The translations under genes and the position numbers were made by a program. 64,000 nt of DNA from Chitinophaga pinensis (GTDB lineage Bacteria; Bacteroidota; Bacteroidia; UKL13-3). The notes beneath the pieces are model-generated. The model made no database searches, was not told the DNA's origin, and saw only the letters and a program-made list of their open reading frames with translations. This document shows positions 28,185-38,286 of the stretch, piece by piece; the stretch's first letter is position 1; each line of letters begins with the position of its first letter. Where the stretch lies: contig CAMCEM010000002.1 of the NCBI GenBank assembly GCA_945873755.1, positions 3,915 to 67,914 on the forward strand, given 5' to 3'.

Positions 28185-29584
28185 TCAGTTAAATAAATAT
28201 GACTAATTGTAGCACTGTCACCAGGTTTTGGAGTTAGCTCCATCATATATACCAAATAAAATTTTTTAAGTTGTAAATGATGGTATGTTTTATTGGCATC
28301 ATGTCTTTTTAAAATATACTCTTTTAAAGGTTTTCTTAACCAAGTTCTATCGGCCAAAACAATGTACTCATTGTACTTTCTCCACCTGTCGTTTCTTATA
28401 GTACTTAATATATTATCAGGTTTTGTATAAGTTATTTTACTGTAATTGTTATTCAAATCTAAAGAGTCGCCATTGGTTGTAATTGCTTCGTAAATAAACC
28501 AGCCATCGTCTTTAAACACTGAGGGAGCAAACATTCCCCAATTTTGATTGATACCCAAAGGATAGGCAAATACTTTTAATTTTTTGGCAATGCCATATTT
28601 TAATTGAGGTATGTAAGTAGTGTTCCAAATAAGCACATATAATAAAATAAATCCAACCATTTTATTTTTAATAGGTGAGGTTATTAAAGGTTCGTTGAGA
28701 TGAACTGTTTTACATTTAAAATAATTAAAAACAAAACTGGGTAAAAACGGAATTAATGCAATTAAATTAAATAGAAAAAATAAGCCAACAAATAGCGTGG
28801 AAGCAATGCCTATTTGAAATAAACACAAAATTATGATTCCTATAAACCGAAATCGGTTATTATAAATTGGGATAAAAAATAAAAGGGGAACTAATAGTTC
28901 TAAATAAAAAACTACATGCGTTAATACTTTTAATAATGCAGGAAAGTTTAACAAATATTTGGCCAAAGGCCATTGAATAAAATCTAAGTTAAAGGCATAA
29001 TACAAAGCAGTTCCATCGCTGTGCCACTCAGTTGAAGTTTTCATAAGTGCTGAAACCCAATATACCATCATAACCTGAAACATAAGCACCAATATAGGTA
29101 TGTTAAATTGGGTATTTACTGCTTTTTTTTGTATGGCATATGTGGCATTTAAAGGAATAAACAAAGTAAAAAATAGCATGCACCTCAATAAATCATCGCC
29201 ACCTTGCAACAAGTAAGGATTGCGCATGTGTAAACTTATGTAAAAAAGTAAAGTAATGACTTGAAATAATTTTATTTTATAGCCAATGGTAAAACAGAAA
29301 ACAGCTCCTAAATGCAATGCAAAACAAACACCAACAAACCAAGGAGAATCGTTAAGTTGATAAATAGGAACATACAAATATTTATCGAAAAACTGAATTA
29401 AATAGTTGTAAGGCAGCACACCATCTTGCGTATAAAATGCTTTAAAATCGCTCAAGCGAATGCATAAATCCAAAAGCATTGCAAAGCCAAACGCTATGCG
29501 AAAAAAAGCCAAAGCCCTTACATCAAATTGAAAAGAATTGCTTAGTTTTTGAGAAAGGTTTTGTATGTCAAATATTTTTTTCAA
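28181..29584 (-). CDS. HTTM-domain (vitamin-K gamma-carboxylase-like) polytopic membrane protein
   Basis: The N-terminal ...LAFFRIAFGFAMLLD... is an HTTM hallmark. There are about 9 TM segments. Confidence 0.6.
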   Translation of the reverse strand: MKKIFDIQNLSQKLSNSFQFDVRALAFFRIAFGFAMLLDLCIRLSDFKAFYTQDGVLPYNYLIQFFDKYLYVPIYQLNDSPWFVGVCFALHLGAVFCFTIGYKIKLFQVITLLFYISLHMRNPYLLQGGDDLLRCMLFFTLFIPLNATYAIQKKAVNTQFNIPILVLMFQVMMVYWVSALMKTSTEWHSDGTALYYAFNLDFIQWPLAKYLLNFPALLKVLTHVVFYLELLVPLLFFIPIYNNRFRFIGIIILCLFQIGIASTLFVGLFFLFNLIALIPFLPSFVFNYFKCKTVHLNEPLITSPIKNKMVGFILLYVLIWNTTYIPQLKYGIAKKLKVFAYPLGINQNWGMFAPSVFKDDGWFIYEAITTNGDSLDLNNNYSKITYTKPDNILSTIRNDRWRKYNEYIVLADRTWLRKPLKEYILKRHDANKTYHHLQLKKFYLVYMMELTPKPGDSATISHIYLTD

Positions 29585-29732
29585 TCAAGTAAATTTGAAA
29601 AACAAGTATAGTTGTTTTGAACAACGTTTTTTAATAAAAGCCATGATAAAATTTGGAAAATTTTCAAATATATCGCATTTACTAGAGGTTGGATAAAAAC
29701 ACTATGTGTCAAATCGATAAACAATAAAAGAA

Positions 29733-29899
29733 CAACTCCGAAGGAGTTGAATATGAGTAGCCACCATTAAAACTGGTGGTATTAAAAAATAATGATACAA
29801 AAATCCCAAAATATTTGCAAAAAGCGAATGCTTTTTGCAAATATTTTGGGATTTTTGTGTAGGAGATTACATAATTTTTCAACGGGTTAAAACCCGTTG
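29733..29899. promoter_or_regulatory. Cluster of four consecutive hairpins, including a perfect 25-bp stem (29801-29854)
   Basis: caactccgaaggagttg; ccaccattaaaactggtgg; aaatcccaaaatatttgcaaaaagc-gaat-gctttttgcaaatattttgggattt; caacgggttaaaacccgttg. All are read directly. The cluster lies between a glycosyltransferase operon end and the HTTM gene start. Confidence 0.6.
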
Positions 29900-30021
29900 C
29901 TATATATCGTTTCAATGAAACTATAAAACTAAAATTAAGTTGAAGCATTTGGTGAAAACTCAACCATATGAAAAATGACTTTCAAAAACTTAAACACATA
30001 AACACTTAACAACTTAAGCAC

Positions 30022-31158
30022 TTAAATATCCATCAACTGTTCGGTTAAATATTTCCAAGTAAATTTTTGCTTTTCAACTTCAATGTTTGCAGTAAATTCT
30101 ACCTCTTTATTTTGTTCGTAATAATTTGAAATGGCATTGGCAATTTCATACTCATTGCGCTCCACCACATACCCAACTACATGATTAGGAACCAACTCAG
30201 CCAAGCCACCTACATTGGTTACTAGCATTGGTTTATTGTAATAATAGGCTATTTGAGTAACGCCACTTTGCGTGGCAGTTATATATGTTTGCACAATTAA
30301 ATCGGCAGCCGAAAAATAAATGCCTACTTCGTTATTTGGAATAAAATCAGTTCTTAAAATCACACTGTTTTCCAAACCTAAATTTTTTATTTGTTGCAAA
30401 TAAGGTTCACTGTTTTCGTAAAACTCCCCTGCAACTATAAGCTTTAAATTGGGGTGAGATTGTTGCAATAAAACAAAACTATTTAATAATAAAGAAAGTC
30501 CTTTATACTTTCTAATAAATCCAAAAAACAAAAGATAGTCACAATTTTCATCTAACCCTAATTGCTTTTTGGCTTCTTGTTTATTAACCAAAGGGCCAAA
30601 CATATCGTACATGGGATGGGCCACATACTTTTTAGGCTTGCCTTTGCAAAACAAATCAACATGTCCATAAACCTCTCTGCTCATGGCTAAAAAACCATTA
30701 CAAGCATCTAAAAAATATTGTGTAAAAGCATTGTCGTAAAACTGTTGCTCATGAGGAATAATATTATCCGTAATGGTTATTATTTTAGTTTTACCATTGG
30801 CTTTTATTAATCTAGCAATGGTTCCAAAAGCAGGAGCCATAAAACTCATCCAATACCTAAAAACAACTAAATCGTATTGCTTGTTTTTTAATTTATTTCC
30901 AACCAAAAACCAATTGAATGGATTGATAGAATTGATAATAGAATGAATGGTAATATCGGTTGGCTTTGGGTCGTCACTTAATTGTGTTTTACCCGGAAAT
31001 AAAAACTTTGGATATTGCAAACTAAAACTAACAATTTCACATTCGTGTCCTTGTTCAATAAATGCTCTGCACAATCTTTCATTATAAGTGGCCAAGCCAC
31101 CTCTTAAAGGCCAAGCCGGACCAACAATTAGTATTTTTTTCTTATTCATTGTAACCAA
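30022..31158 (-). CDS. Family 4 glycosyltransferase
   Basis: GT-B fold, with the C-terminal EX7E-like region. Confidence 0.75.
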   Translation of the reverse strand: MVTMNKKKILIVGPAWPLRGGLATYNERLCRAFIEQGHECEIVSFSLQYPKFLFPGKTQLSDDPKPTDITIHSIINSINPFNWFLVGNKLKNKQYDLVVFRYWMSFMAPAFGTIARLIKANGKTKIITITDNIIPHEQQFYDNAFTQYFLDACNGFLAMSREVYGHVDLFCKGKPKKYVAHPMYDMFGPLVNKQEAKKQLGLDENCDYLLFFGFIRKYKGLSLLLNSFVLLQQSHPNLKLIVAGEFYENSEPYLQQIKNLGLENSVILRTDFIPNNEVGIYFSAADLIVQTYITATQSGVTQIAYYYNKPMLVTNVGGLAELVPNHVVGYVVERNEYEIANAISNYYEQNKEVEFTANIEVEKQKFTWKYLTEQLMDI

Positions 31159-32113
31159 TGTATTTAGTTACCCCATAATGGTTTCTTTCCGAAGAATTTC
31201 TGCTTATTAATTCACCAATAAATCCTGCTAAAAACAACTGCATACCAATAATTATTGAAACTAAAGCAATATAAAACATGGGTTGTTCAGTAATTCCTCT
31301 GCTTAATGGCCAATTGTGTGAAGCATACCAAATTTTTTGAAAACCAATATATGCAGCTCCAAAAAAACCAAACATAAAAAATAATGTTCCTAAAACACCA
31401 AAAAAGTGCATGGGTTTTTTTCCGAATTTAGAAACAAAAAATATGGTTAGTAAGTCTAAAAATCCATTTATAAAACGATCGAAACCAAACTTGGTAGTAC
31501 CATATTTTCTGGCTCGGTGTTCTACTTCTTTTTCAGTTATTTTTACAAAACCATTCCATTTAGCCAATACAGGTATGTATCGGTGCATTTCGTTGTAAAC
31601 TTCTATGGCTTTTACCACATCTAACTTATACGATTTTAAACCACAGTTAAAATCATTCAATTGAATGCCGCTCATTTTTCGGGTAGCCCAATTAAAAACT
31701 TTAGTAGGTAAGGTTTTGGTTATTGGGTCGTAACGTTTCTTTTTCCAACCACTTACCAAATCAAATCCATCATTCACTATCATACTATACAATGATGGAA
31801 TTTCATCTGGACTATCTTGCATATCGGCATCCATAGTTATAACCACATTGCCAATTGCTTTATGAAAAGCAACATTTAACGCTGCCGATTTTCCATAATT
31901 TCTTCTAAACTTAATGGCTTTAATATTTGTGTTTTTTATAGCCAATTCTTCCACTATTTTCCAGCTATTGTCTGTACTTCCATCATCTACCAAAATTACT
32001 TCGTAAGTAAAATTGTTTTCGTTCATTACACGTTCAATCCAAGCCATTAACTCGGGCAACGATTCGTCTTCGTTATAAAATGGTATAACTACCGAAATTT
32101 GAATATCTTTCAC
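31142..32113 (-). CDS. Family 2 glycosyltransferase (polyprenol-phosphate sugar transferase / DPM1-like) with C-terminal TM helices
   Basis: VVIPFYNEDESL...VILVDDGSTDNS is the GT2 DxD region. Two C-terminal TM segments. Confidence 0.8.
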   Translation of the reverse strand: MKDIQISVVIPFYNEDESLPELMAWIERVMNENNFTYEVILVDDGSTDNSWKIVEELAIKNTNIKAIKFRRNYGKSAALNVAFHKAIGNVVITMDADMQDSPDEIPSLYSMIVNDGFDLVSGWKKKRYDPITKTLPTKVFNWATRKMSGIQLNDFNCGLKSYKLDVVKAIEVYNEMHRYIPVLAKWNGFVKITEKEVEHRARKYGTTKFGFDRFINGFLDLLTIFFVSKFGKKPMHFFGVLGTLFFMFGFFGAAYIGFQKIWYASHNWPLSRGITEQPMFYIALVSIIIGMQLFLAGFIGELISRNSSERNHYGVTKYIGYNE

Positions 32114-32407
32114 TTATAAATATTTTATGGGTTTAAGGTTATTGATTTTACTAAAAGTCTAAACTTATTTAAGTATCAACAGAATCTTTTTTTTACAAAA
32201 TGGCAAATATTTAAGTTAACTATTTTATTTTAATTTTGGGCAATCCAACAGTTCTTAGCATTTCGTTTGCTTCATCCACTTTCTCTTGAAAAATGGGCAT
32301 TTTTATGTATTTTTCCAATGAATTATCAATTCGAATAATTGGAATTTTCTCTTCGTTTAATTCTTTTATTGTTTTCATAATTACTTAGATTTCAAGAATT
32401 GATTTTA

Positions 32408-32965
32408 CTAAACATCCAACTTGTTATAAGCATCGTCAGGATGCTGTTTTTGCAGAAAAATAGCAAGTATTAATCCAACTATCAAAGCATACAAATTTGT
32501 CATAATTAAATAAGAGGATAATTTTGACATTGCAGTATTTGCAACTTTCATTTGCGATAAAATTTCCATCTTTTTATCTTCATCAAAAAAATCATTTTCT
32601 AAAATGGTTTTCTTTATTAATTCATATTCTTTTGCTAACTCCTCTGGATTTATAAAACTATAATAAGCCAATTTCCACAATGCAACTAATACTGAAGCAG
32701 TAACACCAATGGCTAAAGCAGTTTTTAAAACTTCACCATATTTACTGTATCCATTAAAATCAATATCTCTGCGGGTTTTCATGCCAATAAAAATAATTGC
32801 AACTGATGAAATAAATGAAACAATAAAATCAATAACTGGATGTTCGCCTCGGTAGGATCCCGTTATAAAAAACATTAAATCAATTACAATAATTGCCATG
32901 GTATAAATAATACCAAATTTTAATGCGGTTTGCCAAAGCGATTTAAAATTTTCGGAGCTAGTCAT
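32408..32965 (-). CDS. DUF4199-like membrane protein
   Basis: Hydrophobic 185-aa ORF with about 4 TM. Confidence 0.45.
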   Translation of the reverse strand: MTSSENFKSLWQTALKFGIIYTMAIIVIDLMFFITGSYRGEHPVIDFIVSFISSVAIIFIGMKTRRDIDFNGYSKYGEVLKTALAIGVTASVLVALWKLAYYSFINPEELAKEYELIKKTILENDFFDEDKKMEILSQMKVANTAMSKLSSYLIMTNLYALIVGLILAIFLQKQHPDDAYNKLDV

Positions 32966-32974
32966 AAAATATAA

Positions 32975-33637
32975 TTATTTTGGGTTTGTAAATGCTAGTA
33001 ATGAAGCCAACACACTTAACTCAAATGGATTAAATTTATTGCTGTATTGGTTTACCATATTGGTTAAATGAGGTGTTTGGAAAAACATTACCATTGGAAC
33101 TAAAATATCTTTTATTGGCGAATCATCACTTAACGAGTTTTTCAAATTAATCAAATCATCAATATCGGCTTCTTCCAAATCGTTTTCAATTAATGGTTCA
33201 TATATTTTAAATTCATCTTGAAACTCATCCATATCAGTCAGTAAAAATTCATTTAAAAAATCACCTATCGATATTTCTGCATCAGCATCATTGGCTTCAT
33301 TAATGTATAAAAACACATTTAATAATTCAGTTCCACGTTCTACCGTTTTCTCTTCTATCTCTTCCCATTCTTCACTGTCAAAATACTCTTCGCTATGCAC
33401 AAAAGCTGATAAGAAATGAACCAACATTAAATCGAAAATTATTTCTTCTATTTCGCCATAACCATTAGTTCCAATTATTGCATCAAGCCCTTTTAGTTTT
33501 AATTCAAAACTGGTAGACTCTTCAAATATTTTGCTGCATTCAGAAAATACATCTTTTAGGTTTTTATCTTTTGCATAAGTTTCAAGCATTGCCTTAAGCG
33601 ACCCTAAAATTATTTTCGATTGTTGTTCTACTATCAT
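32975..33637 (-). CDS. Hypothetical acidic cytoplasmic protein
   Basis: ORF only, rich in D/E. Confidence 0.45.
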   Translation of the reverse strand: MIVEQQSKIILGSLKAMLETYAKDKNLKDVFSECSKIFEESTSFELKLKGLDAIIGTNGYGEIEEIIFDLMLVHFLSAFVHSEEYFDSEEWEEIEEKTVERGTELLNVFLYINEANDADAEISIGDFLNEFLLTDMDEFQDEFKIYEPLIENDLEEADIDDLINLKNSLSDDSPIKDILVPMVMFFQTPHLTNMVNQYSNKFNPFELSVLASLLAFTNPK

Positions 33638-33640
33638 TAT

Positions 33641-34969
33641 TTAGTTTTTGTTGTTTTTACTTTTATAAAACGATGCCATTACTTTTCCTGTAATTTCTTT
33701 ATTGTAAAGCATACTGTTTCTCGATTTTGATTTATTGGTTAAATTATTAAAAATCCATTTTTTAGTTGGGTCAAATAATATAAAATCTACTGTTTGGTTT
33801 TTGTCTAATATGGGTAAGTCCTGTCCAATAATTTCGCGAGGATTTAAACAAAGTTTTTCTACAATATTGCTTATTTCAAACCCTTTAGGAGCATTGGCAA
33901 TTACCATTGACAATAAAGTTTGTAATGTTATCATTCCTTCTTCGGCATATTCAAACTCTACTTCTTTATTTTCAATATTCTGTGGGTTATGGTCGCTTAC
34001 AATTGCATCAATGGTTCCATCTATTAATCCTGCCCACAATGCTTTTTTATCTTCTTTACCTCTTAGTGGTGGATTTAACTTTAAGTTCGAATTATAGTCT
34101 TTTAAATCGCTGTCAACAAAACAAAGATTTGCAATGGCCACATCACAAGTTATATTTAATCCTTGCCTTTTTGCATTTTTAATAATATCAACTGATCCTT
34201 TTGATGAAATATGTGAAAAATGAATGGCAGCATTGGCATATTTGGCCAACTCAATGTCTCTTTTAATTGCCAATTCCTCGGTTAATGCCGGAATTCCTTT
34301 TAATCCCAACAGAACACTAGAATTGCCTTCGTGCATTTTACCACCATTGCTTAGGTTTACATCTTCGGCATGTACAAATATTTTACCACCAAAAACCTGA
34401 ATATATTGCAAAGCCCTAAGCAACAAACTACTATTTTTAATGGCATTATTGGCATCTGTAAAACCTATTGCACCAGCTAAATGCATGTCGTACATTTCGC
34501 TTAGCTCTTTGCCTTCCATTTTTTGGGTGATGGTGCCATATGGCAATAAATTAGTTTGTAAAGTATTGGTTTTATTTATAATATACTCCACTGCACTTTT
34601 ATTATTGGTAGAAGGTTCACTATTGGGCAACACACATACAATTGAAAAGCCACCAGCCAAAGCTGTATTTGATAAAGTTTCTAAAGTTTCTTTGTGTTCA
34701 TTTCCTGGATCAGTGCCATGCGCCCTTAAACATACCATTGACGGCATTAACCAAGTTTTTTTTGCATCCCAAATGTTTTTGTATTTTGTACTATTCGCAA
34801 ATTGTTTTTTACTACTTAAAACAATTGTATCGATATGGCTATCAACTATTAAAACATCGCAAACTTTATTAAAAAAAGGACTTGCAGGGAAACAAATAGT
34901 AGCATTTAAAATTAATATTTCCATAAAAAGAAAGCTTGGCGAATGTAATGGTTTCATTTGGGAAATCAA
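33641..34969 (-). CDS. pyrC: Dihydroorotase-like cyclic amidohydrolase. The start is probably an internal M around 34924.
   Basis: ...SDHNPQ..., ...HISS... and the amidohydrolase fold are present. The N-terminal histidine motif is degenerate (VDSHID). Confidence 0.65.
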   Translation of the reverse strand: MISQMKPLHSPSFLFMEILILNATICFPASPFFNKVCDVLIVDSHIDTIVLSSKKQFANSTKYKNIWDAKKTWLMPSMVCLRAHGTDPGNEHKETLETLSNTALAGGFSIVCVLPNSEPSTNNKSAVEYIINKTNTLQTNLLPYGTITQKMEGKELSEMYDMHLAGAIGFTDANNAIKNSSLLLRALQYIQVFGGKIFVHAEDVNLSNGGKMHEGNSSVLLGLKGIPALTEELAIKRDIELAKYANAAIHFSHISSKGSVDIIKNAKRQGLNITCDVAIANLCFVDSDLKDYNSNLKLNPPLRGKEDKKALWAGLIDGTIDAIVSDHNPQNIENKEVEFEYAEEGMITLQTLLSMVIANAPKGFEISNIVEKLCLNPREIIGQDLPILDKNQTVDFILFDPTKKWIFNNLTNKSKSRNSMLYNKEITGKVMASFYKSKNNKN

Positions 34970-35110
34970 ATTTATGCCTGAAATTCGGATTGCGGAATGA
35001 CAAAAATGCGGAAAGAGATAATAGTTAATGGACCATAGACGATAGATTTATGCTTATTGTATTTTGTAATTTGTCTTCCTGATCTTGTCGAAAGAGGCAA
35101 TTAGCAATAG

Positions 35111-35322
35111 ACAATTAAACAGTTAAACAGTTAAACAGTTAAACAGTTAAACAGTTAAACAGTTAAACAATTAAACAATTAAACAATTAAACAATTAAAC
35201 AATTAAACAATTAAACTATTAAACTATTAAACTATTAAACTATTAAACTATTAAACTATTAAACAATTAAACAATTAAACAATTAAACAATTAAACAATT
35301 AAACAATTAAACAATTAAACAA
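35111..35322. repeat. 8-nt microsatellite, about 26 units, in blocks of CAGTTAAA, CAATTAAA, CTATTAAA and CAATTAAA
   Basis: Read directly. It lies between the dihydroorotase start and the response-regulator stop. Confidence 0.95.
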
Positions 35323-35333
35323 CCACAACAATC

Positions 35334-35939
35334 TTAGCTCAATCCTATTTCTTCTGCCCAATGAATTAATTGAGGCAAATTGACTACACCTGCTTTTTTC
35401 ATTAAATTTTTTCGATGTGTGCCAACAGTAAACTGACTCAAATACAATTTTTCTGCAATTTGAGAGGAAGTGTTACCGGCTAAAATTAATTTTAATACAT
35501 CCATTTCGCGTGGTGATAAAAATGTTTTTTGCTCTGTTTTAAGAAGCCTACTTTTATTAATTACTTTTTCGTTGTTGGCTACTTTGTATATAGTTTCCAA
35601 AAGCTCCTTTTGGCCTACATTTTTTAATAAATAAGCATAAACATTATAATTAATTGCATCTAATAGTAACCTGCGTTCTAAGTGCATAGAAAGAATTATA
35701 AACCTGGTTTCTGTTTTATGAAATAGTTCTTTAATAATTTCCATACCTTCCTTTTGTGGCATTCGCAAATCAATAAGCGCTATGTCGGGTTTTAAACTAA
35801 CTATATCGTTATAGGCGGTTAATCCATTGGTGGCTGAACCAATAATACAAATATTTTTTTCGTTTTTAAGTAATAAACTCAAGCCATCTATTACTATTTG
35901 GTGGTCATCGGCTAGGTATAAATTAATTGATTCTTTCAT
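35334..35939 (-). CDS. Response regulator, REC plus LuxR/NarL-type HTH
   Basis: LADDH...D(55)...K plus a C-terminal LuxR HTH (LSPREMDVL...). Confidence 0.85.
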   Translation of the reverse strand: MKESINLYLADDHQIVIDGLSLLLKNEKNICIIGSATNGLTAYNDIVSLKPDIALIDLRMPQKEGMEIIKELFHKTETRFIILSMHLERRLLLDAINYNVYAYLLKNVGQKELLETIYKVANNEKVINKSRLLKTEQKTFLSPREMDVLKLILAGNTSSQIAEKLYLSQFTVGTHRKNLMKKAGVVNLPQLIHWAEEIGLS

Positions 35940-35944
35940 AGTAA

Positions 35945-36718
35945 TTAGGTTAAAGGTAGTTCTATAATAATGGTAGTTCCGTTGGTTGACGAATCAATAT
36001 TAATAGTGCCATTAAAAGCTGAAAGCCTACTTTTTATATTGTGTAATCCTATTCCAGTTTTGGCATTATTTTCTGTTGCATTTTCAAAACCTTTACCATT
36101 GTCTTCGGCTATTAACAGCAGCTTACTTTCATCGTTTAACAATACTTGAACCGAAGCTTCGGTAGCAAAAGCATGTTTTTTTATGTTATTTAATAATTCC
36201 GAAATTATACGGTACAAAGCAAATTGTAATTCTTGGTTGATTGTTTCATCAAAGTTTTCAATGTATAAACTGTATTTGCACAAACCTTTATTATTTAAGT
36301 GTTGCACATACTCTTCCATCGATTTATTTAACCCTTTCGAAAACAAAGAAGATGGTATTAAATTTTGCGATATTTCTCTTATTTCATCAATGGTTTCGCT
36401 TATACCTTGGCTCACTTGTTTTAGTAAATTTACATCCGTTATGCTTTGGTTATACAAATATTCCAAACTCATGTTTAAGCCCGAAAGTTTAGCCCCAATG
36501 CCATCGTGCAATTCCTCGGCTAGGCGTTTACGTTCCTTTTCTTCTCCTTCGGTTAAAGCTATTAATAAAGCCTGCTGTTTATTTAATTCTTGCTGTTTTA
36601 ATTGCAAATTATACTCACTTACTTTTTTTTGGTGAAGAACAACATAATAAATAATGAACCCCACCAAAAGGAATGAAAAGAAGGTGCCAATAAAATAAAA
36701 AATAGTTAAGCTTTCCAT
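35945..36718 (-). CDS. Sensor histidine kinase, HisKA_3 plus HATPase (NarX/LiaS-like)
   Basis: LAEELHDGIGAKLSGL is the HisKA_3 H-box. DNGKG and GIGL are HATPase boxes. One N-terminal TM. Confidence 0.85.
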   Translation of the reverse strand: MESLTIFYFIGTFFSFLLVGFIIYYVVLHQKKVSEYNLQLKQQELNKQQALLIALTEGEEKERKRLAEELHDGIGAKLSGLNMSLEYLYNQSITDVNLLKQVSQGISETIDEIREISQNLIPSSLFSKGLNKSMEEYVQHLNNKGLCKYSLYIENFDETINQELQFALYRIISELLNNIKKHAFATEASVQVLLNDESKLLLIAEDNGKGFENATENNAKTGIGLHNIKSRLSAFNGTINIDSSTNGTTIIIELPLT

Positions 36719-37338
36719 TTAAAACAAGTGAATGATTTGGCAAAAAGAATATTGGCAATAATATTAAATACTGAATGAATATCAATTGACAAATAGGCTG
36801 TTGGTGGCACTAACTGACTTATCATTAAAAACATATAAAAGTTTATTGAAAAATAAATTAACACCCCTGTTGTAAACCAAAACATTGCTTCTTTGTAAAT
36901 AATTGTATTTTTATTAATGCTGTTTAGGTTTAAATAATAATAATAGAATGAAGTTATTATTAAAACTATACTTTCAGTTGGCCTTGCCACATTGTTATGC
37001 GTATAAATAGTATTTATAAAAAAAGCATCTAAAAAAGCTATTGTAATAAAAACGAAAATAACTGATATATATATATAAATATGTTTGTTAAAATACTTCC
37101 AAAAAACCCAAAAAAACAAACTGAATTCTAATGGAGTAAACAAATGTAAAAGTGGAACATTGGTGCCATAAACTTTTTTAAATTCAGTTACAAAGTACTC
37201 GAAAAATACAGATACACAAAAAAAATAAACAAGTCTTTTAAAAGGCTTGTTTATTTTTTTAAAGTAAATTAAACCAAAAATAACTGGTAGAAAACTACTG
37301 AATTTTGAAATTTCTGTTAGAATGTCTGAAAAGTTCAT
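36706..37338 (-). CDS. Hypothetical polytopic membrane protein, co-operonic with the kinase (possible membrane sensor partner)
   Basis: 210-aa hydrophobic ORF that overlaps the kinase start. Confidence 0.45.
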   Translation of the reverse strand: MNFSDILTEISKFSSFLPVIFGLIYFKKINKPFKRLVYFFCVSVFFEYFVTEFKKVYGTNVPLLHLFTPLEFSLFFWVFWKYFNKHIYIYISVIFVFITIAFLDAFFINTIYTHNNVARPTESIVLIITSFYYYYLNLNSINKNTIIYKEAMFWFTTGVLIYFSINFYMFLMISQLVPPTAYLSIDIHSVFNIIANILFAKSFTCFKWKA

Positions 37339-37344
37339 TTTTAT

Positions 37345-38088
37345 TTATTTTGGGCAATTGGTAGCATTATAAAGTCTGCTTGATGCATCACAATAATTTC
37401 CGCCTAAACATATTTCATCAGCTGATATATAATTGCCTTTAATTATATCATTGAAAGTAGTATCGTTCACATATACTACAGGAACCATTTTTAAATCTAA
37501 AGTACCTTCATGAATATACTGATACAAACGAACTGCAAATTCACCATTGGAATTTTTCATCAAACTCTGAATTTTTTCCTTACCAAAATACCACGAACGA
37601 GGCACTATAAAACTACTATCTTTTTGTGTAGGTACAACCACTATTGCAGGTGCTGCACTGCATCTTGGTGGACATAAATCAGAAAATTCATAAACATAAT
37701 TATCACTTAAATAATCAGTTTTTGAATTGCCAGGACCAGATCCTATTACAGGTATCATTACTAAAGTTAATGAATCTTCATTAAATTTTCTTTCACTATT
37801 TATTGCAGCATAAAATTTTATTCCAACCAAATTAGGAATTCCATCAATCATTTGTTTTATACCTGTTTCAAATAACCAAGCACTTGGAACATAATATTTA
37901 TTTTCATTTAAAAATCGTGTAATAAAACACTCAGCGGTGTCTAAAGTAGTAGGTTTTACAAGCATAACTTTTGCTGTTGAATCTTCATTAGAAGAATTAG
38001 TTTGTTTATTGCCAAATTTACCACAACTAAGCATGGTAGCAGTAATTGAAATGAATAAAGCAATTTTAAAGAAGTTTTTTGTTTCCAT
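37345..38088 (-). CDS. Hypothetical lipoprotein
   Basis: ...ATMLSCGK is a lipobox. Confidence 0.5.
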   Translation of the reverse strand: METKNFFKIALFISITATMLSCGKFGNKQTNSSNEDSTAKVMLVKPTTLDTAECFITRFLNENKYYVPSAWLFETGIKQMIDGIPNLVGIKFYAAINSERKFNEDSLTLVMIPVIGSGPGNSKTDYLSDNYVYEFSDLCPPRCSAAPAIVVVPTQKDSSFIVPRSWYFGKEKIQSLMKNSNGEFAVRLYQYIHEGTLDLKMVPVVYVNDTTFNDIIKGNYISADEICLGGNYCDASSRLYNATNCPK

Positions 38089-38286
38089 AATTTTATTTTT
38101 TTTAGTTAGTGTGCAGCAAATATTAAAAAAAATACCATACCACCACCTACCAATTTCTTGGTATTTTTTTACTCAACTATTTTTTCAAAAAATACCAAGT
38201 TCTTGGTATGTTTTCTTAATTTTTTTTGGTAAATGTTTGTAGCGGTAAAAACAAAATAATTTAAACCTTTTATTAAAAAAACAAAA

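Noticed and set aside
29709-29963. 84-aa minus-strand ORF
   Set aside because: It lies entirely across the hairpin cluster and 25-bp palindrome, with no RBS and low-complexity content.
32230-32379. About 50-aa minus-strand ORF (MKTIKELNEEKIPIIRIDNSLEKYIKMPIFQEK...) between the GT2 and DUF4199 genes
   Set aside because: It is a possible real small protein, but it is below any motif-based support and cannot be backed from sequence alone.
32408-34969. Three consecutive minus-strand genes sharing one reading frame, separated by single stops (possible nonsense-split fusion)
   Set aside because: Each has a proper ATG directly after the preceding stop. The products are of unrelated types (amidohydrolase, acidic soluble protein, polytopic membrane protein). 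Shared frame is expected by chance here, unlike the kinase case, which lacks a start codon and N-terminal features.
35111-35322. CRISPR array
   Set aside because: The units are 8 nt with no spacers, a pure microsatellite. The same applies to the arrays at 11667, 46461 and 58295. No CRISPR repeat-spacer architecture exists anywhere in the window.
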